Assembly: GCA_016839815.1 (NCBI GenBank)
Contig: JAEOTM010000079.1
Span: 1 to 55,361, forward strand
DNA length: 55,361 nucleotides
DNA from: Candidatus Hodarchaeota archaeon
GTDB lineage: Archaea > Asgardarchaeota > Heimdallarchaeia > Hodarchaeales > Hodarchaeaceae
Reading direction: 5' to 3'
A program made the translations under genes and the position numbers. The notes under the pieces are model-generated. The model saw nothing but the letters and a program-made list of their open reading frames with translations, did not search any database and was not told the DNA's origin. How positions within the stretch are numbered: position 1 is the stretch's first letter; every line of letters begins with the position of its first letter. Below, in pieces: positions 36,146-44,958 of this stretch.

Positions 36146-37288
36146 ATGTCCCTAGCAGAAGGAATTACAGGTAAACCCCTCGTTATTGATAATGGTACTG
36201 GTTTATCAAAAAATGGTTATGCTGGTGAGGATCAACCTCGTTCAGTTTTTCCAACATTAATAGGATATCCCAAATACCAATCCATTATGTCTGACGTCGA
36301 CCACTATGTTCGTGAATATTACGTAGGTGAAGAAGCTATGAACCTACGGGGTGTATTGAAACTTATTTACCCTATCGTGCACGGAGTAGTTACAGACTGG
36401 GACGCGATGGAAAAGATTTGGCATTATACGTTCCACAATGACTTACGAGTCAATCCAAGTGAACATCCAGTTCTCTTGACAGAAGCTCCTCTTAATCCAG
36501 GAAAGAACCGAGAGAAGATGGCAGAAATTCTCTTTGAAACATTCAATGTTCCAGCGATGTATGTGTCCATGCAAGCTGTCTTATCTTTGTATGCTTCCGG
36601 AAGAACCACTGGTCTAGTTATAGATGCAGGAGATGGAGTAATACACATTGTACCTATTTATGAAGGCTTCGCAATCGCTCATGCAATTAGTCGTATTGAC
36701 ATTGCCGGTCGTGATATCACTGAATATCTACGACGATTATTACGAACCCGTGGACGTGCTTTAACCTCTTCCGCCGAACGAGAAATTGTACGAGATATCA
36801 AAGAACGACTATGCTATGTTGCTCTTGATCCTGAGAAGGAGCTCAAGTTAGCAGAGAAAGTCTCTGGTATGGAAAAGCAATATACTCTCCCTGATGGTGA
36901 AACTTTGACCATTGGTCCTGAACGATTCTTAGCTCCTGAAGCTTTCTTCAACCCCTCAGCTATTGGAAAAGAAGAAACTCCTTTGGATGAAGCTATTTAT
37001 GCCTCTGTTCAACTTTGTGATATTGACCTTCGAAAAGAACTTTACCAAAACATTGTCCTATCTGGTGGATCAACCATGTTCCCTGGATTAAAAGAACGTC
37101 TTCACAAAGAACTCACTGAGCTCGTACCTGACAATGTCGAGATCCGAATTGTTGCCCCTCCCGAACGTCGTTACTCTGTTTGGATTGGCGGTTCTATTCT
37201 CTCCTCTCTAAAAACCTTCCAACGCCTCTGGGTTGCTCGTAAAGAATATCAAGAGCAAGGTCCAGGCGTTATCAAACGAGCTATCTAA
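36146..37288 (+). CDS. Actin (Asgard eukaryote-like actin, Lokiactin-type)
   Basis: [101 protein letters not shown]. Confidence 0.98.
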   Translation: MSLAEGITGKPLVIDNGTGLSKNGYAGEDQPRSVFPTLIGYPKYQSIMSDVDHYVREYYVGEEAMNLRGVLKLIYPIVHGVVTDWDAMEKIWHYTFHNDLRVNPSEHPVLLTEAPLNPGKNREKMAEILFETFNVPAMYVSMQAVLSLYASGRTTGLVIDAGDGVIHIVPIYEGFAIAHAISRIDIAGRDITEYLRRLLRTRGRALTSSAEREIVRDIKERLCYVALDPEKELKLAEKVSGMEKQYTLPDGETLTIGPERFLAPEAFFNPSAIGKEETPLDEAIYASVQLCDIDLRKELYQNIVLSGGSTMFPGLKERLHKELTELVPDNVEIRIVAPPERRYSVWIGGSILSSLKTFQRLWVARKEYQEQGPGVIKRAI

Positions 37289-37372
37289 GAGCATTTTCTT
37301 GCTCCCCTTTCTTTTTTTCCTTTTCTATCGACTTTACTTTTATCCTCTTTTTCCTGATTATTACTTTTTCCA
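37289..37372 (+). terminator. Pyrimidine/T-rich terminator region after actin
   Basis: CCCCTTTCTTTTTTTCCTTTTC and further T runs. Confidence 0.5.
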
Positions 37373-37377
37373 GTCAA

Positions 37378-38460
37378 TTACTTACTAAAAGTATGGTACA
37401 TGAGTGTGATGAAATCCTCTAGCACCTGATAGCACCAGAGATTCTCATTCAGAAATTGCTCAAATTTCTTTTTACCCTCTTCATCCGTAGAAAACTTATT
37501 TAGTTCTGGTAGAAGCTCTGTACTTATACCAGTCTTTATCCGAGTAAAAATGCGCTTTTGATTCGTATACTTTGAAAAACTATAGTCTGCCATATCAATA
37601 AGAGGAGAATAATACTTTTTTCGATCTTTGGGCTTCTTAACTAATTTGACAGTTTTAAGTTGAGTAAATAGGGAAAGCGTTTCAGAAATTGCAGTACGAC
37701 TTGCTCCAGTCAACTCTTTGAGTTGATCTTGAGTTACGGGTTCTCGTTCCAAGTATAGTCCAAAATAGACAGCTATTAAGTCTCGCTGCTTACCCGAAGG
37801 TGGTAGATTATCTAAGAGATATGTAATAAAATCTCTCTTTATTTGTGTCAAATCATCTGATTTTGGTACTTCAATTTCAGAAGTAGGGGATGATAAGGTT
37901 ACTTTCTCTTGAGATTTTACTATATAGGGATTGATATCGGGGAACTTCCCTGTTTCTAAGATCAAATCCAATTGATCTTCAACATAGGATATTAATGCTT
38001 GTACACTTGAGTAAGTAGATTTAAGAAATATAAATAAGTCAAATACATGCTTTACATCTGGGGTTTGAGGGGTTAATGCTTCTAAACGCGGGAAAAGTTT
38101 ATCAATAAAATCATAACTTGTTTCAGAAGATTCTAAGTTCGTTTTTGCTAGGATCTTTGTGTATTGTAGAAATGAAAGGGGACAGCTATAGTATTTTCTC
38201 TTCTCACCTGGTTTGCGAATTTCTCTTACAGAATACCGACTTGAAAAATCTGTAAGTTCTGATAATGTTTCTGATACCATCGAGCGACTATAACCTGTTA
38301 ACTCCATAATCTGTTCTTGAGATAATGACTCCCCTTCTAGCATCAAGGTAAATAATACTCCCTTTAAATAAGGATTATAACCTAAACTTTTGTTTGCTTG
38401 AGCTATAAAGTTTAAATAATCCTTCTTCAGCTCTAATAACTGATCTTCTATATTGGACAT
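37378..38460 (-). CDS. Transcriptional regulator with two tandem GbsR/MarR-type wHTH domains
   Basis: LSQEQIMELTGYSRSMVSETL..KPGEKRKYY and VTQDQLKELTGASRTAISETL..KPKDRKKYY. Confidence 0.82.
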   Translation of the reverse strand: MSNIEDQLLELKKDYLNFIAQANKSLGYNPYLKGVLFTLMLEGESLSQEQIMELTGYSRSMVSETLSELTDFSSRYSVREIRKPGEKRKYYSCPLSFLQYTKILAKTNLESSETSYDFIDKLFPRLEALTPQTPDVKHVFDLFIFLKSTYSSVQALISYVEDQLDLILETGKFPDINPYIVKSQEKVTLSSPTSEIEVPKSDDLTQIKRDFITYLLDNLPPSGKQRDLIAVYFGLYLEREPVTQDQLKELTGASRTAISETLSLFTQLKTVKLVKKPKDRKKYYSPLIDMADYSFSKYTNQKRIFTRIKTGISTELLPELNKFSTDEEGKKKFEQFLNENLWCYQVLEDFITLMYHTFSK

Positions 38461-38570
38461 AACCTATAAATCCGAAAAATCCTTAGTTCTAGCCTTTTAT
38501 TATACTAGATCATTTATTTGTTACCTATTTAACTTTTTGGAATTTTTGTTTTTTTGAATTTTTGGATTTA

Positions 38571-38588
38571 CGAAAAACCTTATAAAGG
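38571..38588 (+). promoter_or_regulatory. BRE/TATA candidate for the ABC exporter operon
   Basis: CGAAAAACC TTATAAA in the divergent intergenic region. Confidence 0.45.
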
Positions 38589-38617
38589 TATATTCGAGAT
38601 ACTTACTTGAGTTTCAA

Positions 38618-39643
38618 ATGTTGCGTCAGTTGTGCAATCAATCTGAAAAAACAAGAAACAAACAATTAAAAATGAAAAAATCAATAATGGAGAAAATGAA
38701 AGTGACAGAAACTGTTTCTGAAACTATTCTTCAAGTTTCAAATCTAACAAAAACTTATGGGTATGAACTACGCTTTAGTGATAAGCTGAAGTTTGGCCAA
38801 CAAGTACGTGGAGCTCTTAATGTGAGTTTTCAGGTGAAAAAGGGAGAAATATTTGGTTTTCTTGGGCCAAATGGGGCGGGAAAAACCACAACAATGAGAG
38901 CGATTTTAGACTATCTTAGACTAGATAGTGGAAAAGTCGATATTTTGGGATATGACCATCGAAATGACCGAGTAGAAATTCGAAAGCAGATAGGTTATGT
39001 TCCAGGAGATATGGCATTATTTGAGAATTTTACCGGAGAGGAATTGATTGAATATTTCGGTAAATTCCGTCCCATTGATCAGGAATTCCTGCAGGAACTT
39101 AGATCATTATTCAGAGTTAAGCTTCATAAGAAAATAAAAAATTTATCAAAAGGAAATCGTCAGCAAGTTGGTTTAATTGCTGTTATGGCCTCTAAACCAT
39201 CCTTATTAATATTAGATGAACCAACAAGCGGCCTTGATCCGTTAATGACAGCTAACTTTCATAAAGTTTTGAAAAAACTCCAAAAACAAGGAGTTACAAT
39301 CTTCCTAAGCTCTCATGATTTAGCAGAAGTCCAGGCCATATGTAATCGAGTGGGAATTATTCGTAATGGGGAGATGATCCTTGTGGAAGCGGTAACAGAT
39401 CTCAAAGCCAAATTCCTACAAAAGCTGTTTGTGCAATTCAAGGGAGAAAATATCCCCTCAAAGGAAGACTTTGAGCAAGTAAAGGCGATAATTGCTGTTG
39501 AAAATACTATACCTCATATTTTCAATTTGAAAATTGGTAAAGATGTCGGAGAAGTGTTAAAATTCATTTCAAAATATGATATTGTGCGATTTTCATGTGA
39601 AGATGCAGATTTGGAAGAAATTTTCCTTCAATATTACAAATAA
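38618..39643 (+). CDS. ABC-2 type exporter ATP-binding subunit (start probably near 38688-38702)
   Basis: GPNGAGKTT, LSKGNRQ, LILDEPTSGLDP, SSH. Confidence 0.93.
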   Translation: MLRQLCNQSEKTRNKQLKMKKSIMEKMKVTETVSETILQVSNLTKTYGYELRFSDKLKFGQQVRGALNVSFQVKKGEIFGFLGPNGAGKTTTMRAILDYLRLDSGKVDILGYDHRNDRVEIRKQIGYVPGDMALFENFTGEELIEYFGKFRPIDQEFLQELRSLFRVKLHKKIKNLSKGNRQQVGLIAVMASKPSLLILDEPTSGLDPLMTANFHKVLKKLQKQGVTIFLSSHDLAEVQAICNRVGIIRNGEMILVEAVTDLKAKFLQKLFVQFKGENIPSKEDFEQVKAIIAVENTIPHIFNLKIGKDVGEVLKFISKYDIVRFSCEDADLEEIFLQYYK

Positions 39644-39654
39644 AACAAATAAAG

Positions 39655-40464
39655 GTGATAAAAATGGTTCATGTATATTTAAAAAATCTTAAAAAGTCAT
39701 GGTTAACAGGAATTGTCCCTCCATTAGTTATAATAGGTTTTGTGGGCACTATTGCAATTGGGTGGCCATCAATGCAAGAATTGATCCTTCAACGATTGGA
39801 AACAATGGACAATCCGATAATGAAGGCAATTATAGGAGATCTAGGAATATCTGGATTAGGCGCCACTTGGGAGGCCGCGCTCTTTATGTATGCAGGAGGA
39901 ACAATGAACATATTGTTATTATTCGTTGCAATCTTCATCCCAGCTCGCTTACTATCTACCGAGATAGATAAAAATACTTTTGACATTATGTTAAGTTTAC
40001 CAATTCCCCGATGGAGATATTTATTAGAAAAATTTAGTGTTTATTTATCTTATAGTCTTGTAATACCAATTGCAATGGTAGGTATTATGCTAGGTTCCAC
40101 AGCATACCTGGGAGAATCGATATCAACCTCTTTGGTCCTTTACTATTCCTTAGGGTATTTTATTTTACTATTCACTCTGGGATCAATATCTTTACTTTGT
40201 GCTACTATCTTTCTGGACTCAAACAAGTCTTTAGCTGCTGCAGGAGTACTCATTGGAGGTCAATATTTTCTCGACAGTATGAGTGGACTATTAGCAGGTT
40301 TTGGAAATTTTGAGGTGCTTTCTCTATTCAATTACTTCAGTATAGGAGCCATTCAAGAAGCTGGGATGTTGCCAGTTGGAGAAATAGGTGTAGTAGGTGT
40401 AATTGGGCTTTTAGCGCTCATTAGTGCTCTTTCGATTTTCCATAGAAGAGAATTTGCATTCTAA
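39655..40464 (+). CDS. ABC-2 type exporter permease
   Basis: STEIDKNTFDIMLSLPIPR..LLEK, six TM, LSLFNY, FHRRE. Confidence 0.88.
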   Translation: MIKMVHVYLKNLKKSWLTGIVPPLVIIGFVGTIAIGWPSMQELILQRLETMDNPIMKAIIGDLGISGLGATWEAALFMYAGGTMNILLLFVAIFIPARLLSTEIDKNTFDIMLSLPIPRWRYLLEKFSVYLSYSLVIPIAMVGIMLGSTAYLGESISTSLVLYYSLGYFILLFTLGSISLLCATIFLDSNKSLAAAGVLIGGQYFLDSMSGLLAGFGNFEVLSLFNYFSIGAIQEAGMLPVGEIGVVGVIGLLALISALSIFHRREFAF

Positions 40465-40652
40465 AGCCCACAAATATCCCTCCCACCTATTTTTTCTTTT
40501 TATTCTTCTGGATTTTTCCCTTATTTTTATCCCTATTCTAGTGACAATACTGTAAAAAATTCGATTTCCACACATATTTGTTTCTTACCTAAGCATATAA
40601 AGGAGGATTTAAAATGTGGGATTGATGAAGCATCATTCAAGGTGACATATTC

Positions 40653-42203
40653 ATGCGTTCTATTCGTAAATTCCTTTTCGGCATAATACCACAAGTAAGA
40701 TCTTCAGATGTATTTAAATTTGGTCTTCTTGTATTACTTTTTTTAACCAACTTTCTTCTCTTATCTGGACCAAGCTGGACGACAACTGCGATACCTCCAG
40801 ATAATGATTCAAGTTCTATACCAATGATAGGTGATAAGATACAATTTCAATCCTATTCTATTGGTGATGAGGAAGGCTTTAGTGTTTGGGATTTCTATGC
40901 AGAAGAGAAAAATCCTGTAACAGCCACCTGTCGTGCCATAGGGGACGAATCCTACATATTTTTAGACAATAAACTCCCTTACTCCCAAAATTATTCTATT
41001 ATTGCTGAAATGGTTGATACATATATGATTCCCATATTATCCACCAATTTTGCTACTCCTCCAGATGTGGATAACAATGATCGTGTAATAATTCTATATA
41101 CAATTCTTAATGGTGCAGGAGGATATTTCTCACCTAGTGACTCCCTTGGAGGAGAGATAGTGTATATCGATGGTCAGAATAATGCTCTCCGAGAAGATAC
41201 AGTTATTCACGAATTACAACATTTAGTAAACCATGGATATGATACACAAGAAACTATTTGGTTTAATGAAGGATGTTCAATGTTTAGTGAATTCCTGCTT
41301 GATTATGCAGAGGGATACACCGAACCTCACTCATTATATTACCCTCATGATGTTTCCCTTCTATTCTGGGACTATGACAATGCGGGATTGGGATCTGACT
41401 ATAAGGCAGCCTTGACATTTATTGCATATTTACAAGACCAATACGGTAGTCAGAATCTTTCGGATATTTACCATGCAGAAAGTGGAGGTATTAATTTGCA
41501 AAGCTCCACTGCAATCATGCATATTGTGAATCAATATTTCCCTAATTTGACCTTTGAAGAGCTGTACATGAATTTCATTAAGGCTACTATTCTCGATAAT
41601 AAATATGTAGGAGAGAAACGAGAACTCTATTATGAAGATTATATCTCTTTACCCAGTCCCTTAAGGTTTCCTGCTGGAGGAGTTATTCAACAGGAGTATC
41701 CTTTCGATTCAACATCAAAAATAGTACCCTGGTCAACAAAGATTTATATGTTCAGATATTTTCCTGATCCAAAAAATATCACTGTATCACTCAGCATACC
41801 AGAAGATTCCCAAGATCACCTCTTTGGGGTTAGTATAATAAAAGAAAATCGATCATTAAATTATACGGATACTAGCCACCAATCATTTATTCTTAGTCCT
41901 GAAAATAGCTCAGCAGGAATTCTCCTATCGTTAAATGCAACGGCTGAAGGATTTGATCACTTTTACCTGACCGTTAGTCATCTCGATGGAGGAGAAGGAG
42001 GTTACTATTGGGATATTCCTTCCTCTGAAAAAAATGTCAAGGTTTCCCTCCAAGTCTTTGCTGGAGAATCAGATGATGATCAGACATCGGGGATAAAAAC
42101 TGATGATACTGACAAAGAGAAAACAACCTCTGCAGTCTCATTTCTATATGTAATAGTTTTTAGTTTAAGTCTAGCTCTTCTGAGAAAACTGAATTCTCAC
42201 TAG
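40653..42203 (+). CDS. Exported zinc metallopeptidase (HExxH..E, M30/MA-like), C-terminally anchored
   Basis: DVDNNDRV, GGYF, IHELQHLV, WFNEG; signal peptide; acidic/Thr linker; terminal TM. Confidence 0.8.
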   Translation: MRSIRKFLFGIIPQVRSSDVFKFGLLVLLFLTNFLLLSGPSWTTTAIPPDNDSSSIPMIGDKIQFQSYSIGDEEGFSVWDFYAEEKNPVTATCRAIGDESYIFLDNKLPYSQNYSIIAEMVDTYMIPILSTNFATPPDVDNNDRVIILYTILNGAGGYFSPSDSLGGEIVYIDGQNNALREDTVIHELQHLVNHGYDTQETIWFNEGCSMFSEFLLDYAEGYTEPHSLYYPHDVSLLFWDYDNAGLGSDYKAALTFIAYLQDQYGSQNLSDIYHAESGGINLQSSTAIMHIVNQYFPNLTFEELYMNFIKATILDNKYVGEKRELYYEDYISLPSPLRFPAGGVIQQEYPFDSTSKIVPWSTKIYMFRYFPDPKNITVSLSIPEDSQDHLFGVSIIKENRSLNYTDTSHQSFILSPENSSAGILLSLNATAEGFDHFYLTVSHLDGGEGGYYWDIPSSEKNVKVSLQVFAGESDDDQTSGIKTDDTDKEKTTSAVSFLYVIVFSLSLALLRKLNSH

Positions 42204-42211
42204 AAATGAAA

Positions 42212-42931
42212 TCAGAGCGTAATCAGACGACTCAGTGATTGCTGATACATCATTATCAGCTCTTCACTCAGTTCCTGTTCAAGAATAAAGTTCATTCTTT
42301 GGAGAGCACGTTGAATACGTTCATAGTCACCCGCCTCGAGAACCCGATCAAGTAAGAGGATAAGCGTATTTACACGGGTTTTGACTAATTGTTGCTCTTC
42401 TTGCACGAGGGAAAGAACATGATACGACTCCAGGAAATGATTAAGTTGAGAACGGATCTTCTCTCCCTGATTAATGATATCAAGTTTTCGCTGTAAAATG
42501 ACATCGATGGCGGAAGCCAATGCAGTAATAACAGCTAATTTGTCTTCAACTGGTGCTCCTTCGTACGAAGCAAAATATTGCTGAAAAATTGCTTGAATTT
42601 GTCTAAGATCTACCCAAGAATTCTCCATGAAGAAAGCGGGAATAAGAATTGAGATGAGATTAATATTAAATCCACCCCGACTTGCCTCAGAGTACTCATA
42701 AAGAACAGTTGAGACAGAGAATACCTCATATTCAGGAAAGGGAATTGTGGCGATCATTTTAGAATATGAAATATTGGATGGTCGACTTGAAAAAACACTC
42801 ATACCACGTAATGAAATACTGAAGATTACTTCATCAGTAAGGTGATTAGGGGTTGAAGCGACCGGTTTAGCTCCACGAACCTCATCAAATTCAGTCCATA
42901 TTGCCCCACGAAGTACTACATAGTCTCTCAT
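42212..42931 (-). CDS. uDENN/longin-like domain protein
   Basis: GAIWTEFDEVRGAKP (EFD..G pattern), IPFPEY, ASRGG..LISILI; helical C-terminus. Confidence 0.55.
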   Translation of the reverse strand: MRDYVVLRGAIWTEFDEVRGAKPVASTPNHLTDEVIFSISLRGMSVFSSRPSNISYSKMIATIPFPEYEVFSVSTVLYEYSEASRGGFNINLISILIPAFFMENSWVDLRQIQAIFQQYFASYEGAPVEDKLAVITALASAIDVILQRKLDIINQGEKIRSQLNHFLESYHVLSLVQEEQQLVKTRVNTLILLLDRVLEAGDYERIQRALQRMNFILEQELSEELIMMYQQSLSRLITL

Positions 42932-43032
42932 TGCCTATCCGAACCGTATCATTAGTTTAAACAGAATCTCTTCTTATTACTCAATTGATTTTCTTAATTA
43001 ATAAAAAACTTCTGTAGGTGTTACTTCGTCCA

Positions 43033-43353
43033 TTAGTGTTGATTCTTAATTAATTCAGCGACAAGAGCACAGATCTTTTCAATCTTGGGATCTGCTAAAG
43101 AATAGAAGACTTCATTCCCTTTACGCTCTTTTCGGACCACTTTTTTCTCCCGTAGAACCCGTAAATGTTGTGAGATAAACGGCTGAGGTCTTTGAGTTTC
43201 TTCTAAGATTTGTGAAACATTTTTTTCCCCATTACTTAGAAGCTGTAGTATTTTCAAACGAAATGGGTGAGTTAACGATTGACAAAGTTCCGCCTGTAAC
43301 ATTAATGTAGCCATTTCTTGCTCAGAGGGAGATACATCTGAATTATTGGACAT
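43033..43353 (-). CDS. ArsR/SmtB family transcriptional regulator
   Basis: LTHPFRLKIL..ISQHLRVLR..ERKGNEVFYSL. Confidence 0.92.
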   Translation of the reverse strand: MSNNSDVSPSEQEMATLMLQAELCQSLTHPFRLKILQLLSNGEKNVSQILEETQRPQPFISQHLRVLREKKVVRKERKGNEVFYSLADPKIEKICALVAELIKNQH

Positions 43354-43393
43354 TTGTCTTCATTAACCAACTCTTCATAAAACTATTTATATA

Positions 43394-43411
43394 TATCTGA
43401 ATATTCAAATA
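43394..43411. promoter_or_regulatory. Palindromic operator candidate for ArsR
   Basis: TATCTGAATATTCAAATA with perfect core TGAATATTCA (43398-43407) between divergent TATA-like tracts. Confidence 0.5.
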
Positions 43412-43460
43412 ACACAATATTTATAAAGATTTGTATAAAGTGTTCAATCAAGGTGATATC

Positions 43461-44117
43461 ATGTCTGAACACAAAGTTAAGATTGAAGATAAGATATTAA
43501 ATGAAATCAAAGGTATGTTTCAATCCATTGAAACAGATGTAACACTTCATATGTTTACTCGTAAAGATCACTGTTTATTATGTAATGAAACATTAAGTCT
43601 GGTAGAACAGGTGTCTGCTCAATCAGATAAGATCATACTAGATCACTGTGAATGCGATATCAATAGTGAAAAAGCCCAGAAATATAAGATCGAACGTCAT
43701 CCAGCCATTGTTGTCGAAGGCCAAAGCAAGGGACTCATCCGTTTTTATGGAATTCCTTCTGGTTATGAGTTTGGAAGTCTCATTGAATCTATTATTATGT
43801 CAGGTAAGACGACTGGTTCTGATTTAGACCCTGAACTTGTAGAAGAAATCGAAGCAATTGATAAACCTCTTCATTTACAAGTATTTGTTACACCTACATG
43901 TCCATATTGCCCCACAGCTGTACTTACCGCATTCAAACTCGCTATGCTTAATGAAAATATCATTGCTGATATGGTAGAAGCAACAGAGTTCCAAGAACTA
44001 TCCATGAAGTATCAAGTACAAGGTGTACCAAAAACTGTGATCAATGACTCTTGGGATGTTGTAGGAGGCGTACCACCTCAAGTAGTTATGGAAAAAGTTC
44101 GTCAGGCATTAGCGTAA
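43461..44117 (+). CDS. Protein disulfide oxidoreductase (two thioredoxin folds, PDO/AhpF N-terminal type)
   Basis: CLLC and TPTCPYCP, RFYGIPSGYEF, VQGVPK; AGGTGA SD before ATG 43461. Confidence 0.92.
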   Translation: MSEHKVKIEDKILNEIKGMFQSIETDVTLHMFTRKDHCLLCNETLSLVEQVSAQSDKIILDHCECDINSEKAQKYKIERHPAIVVEGQSKGLIRFYGIPSGYEFGSLIESIIMSGKTTGSDLDPELVEEIEAIDKPLHLQVFVTPTCPYCPTAVLTAFKLAMLNENIIADMVEATEFQELSMKYQVQGVPKTVINDSWDVVGGVPPQVVMEKVRQALA

Positions 44118-44169
44118 AAATTTTTAACACTTTTTCCACTTCTCTTTTTTCAAATGGCGGTGACTAAAC

Positions 44170-44775
44170 TTGATTGATAGAATAACCTATACCTTTTTTA
44201 ACAAAGGAATGACCTTCGATGAGTTTCTAAAAGATGCTACGGAAGATGATCGAAAACGTTTTAATTATTACTTTGATAAAAGTGCAAAAAACCACTCTCC
44301 AGAGTCTCTCAAGATTGATCTGAAGTATCCACTTAACATTCTTGTCTTAGCAACAACCTGGTGTTGGGATTCTCAAACTAATCTTCCGATTATTGCTCAT
44401 TTAGCAGCACAAAATCCAAATATTAACCTGAAAATCATGAATAAGGATCATCTACCCTTCATGGTTACCAAGGTTAATAACGGTGAAAAAGTACCACAAG
44501 TTCTTGTATTTACTGAGGATTTTTATTACCTTGATCGATGGGTCGAAAGATCGACTCGTGCTTATCGCTTATATGCTGAATACCGAAAAAAGTTTGGTTG
44601 GACGGACGAAAATAAAGATGCATTTGTTAAGCAATATAGAAAAGCATTTCTGAAAGATCAGATCGAAGTAGAAAAATCGGTAGTCGAGGAAATCAAGACA
44701 TTATTGACAAGAGCTGATATTATATCAGCTACTACTGCAAGACTTGCAGATGCAGAGGGTTCTTGTGACGATTAA
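44170..44775 (+). CDS. Thioredoxin-family protein (monothiol WCWDS)
   Basis: TTWCWDS, KVPQVL, WVER. Confidence 0.8.
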   Translation: MIDRITYTFFNKGMTFDEFLKDATEDDRKRFNYYFDKSAKNHSPESLKIDLKYPLNILVLATTWCWDSQTNLPIIAHLAAQNPNINLKIMNKDHLPFMVTKVNNGEKVPQVLVFTEDFYYLDRWVERSTRAYRLYAEYRKKFGWTDENKDAFVKQYRKAFLKDQIEVEKSVVEEIKTLLTRADIISATTARLADAEGSCDD

Positions 44776-44958
44776 TCCTCTTCCTCTCTCGTTTATTCTT
44801 CTACATTAAGACATTAATTCATTTCACTTCTTTGAGGAACGAGAATTAATGAATAGAAAAATTATTCTTTTCTCGGATCTCTCCTAAGGTAATCTATTTA
44901 TACCCCACTTATTAGAAATCAGTTGTTTATCGCACACATAGTTGAATGTGGGATTTTT

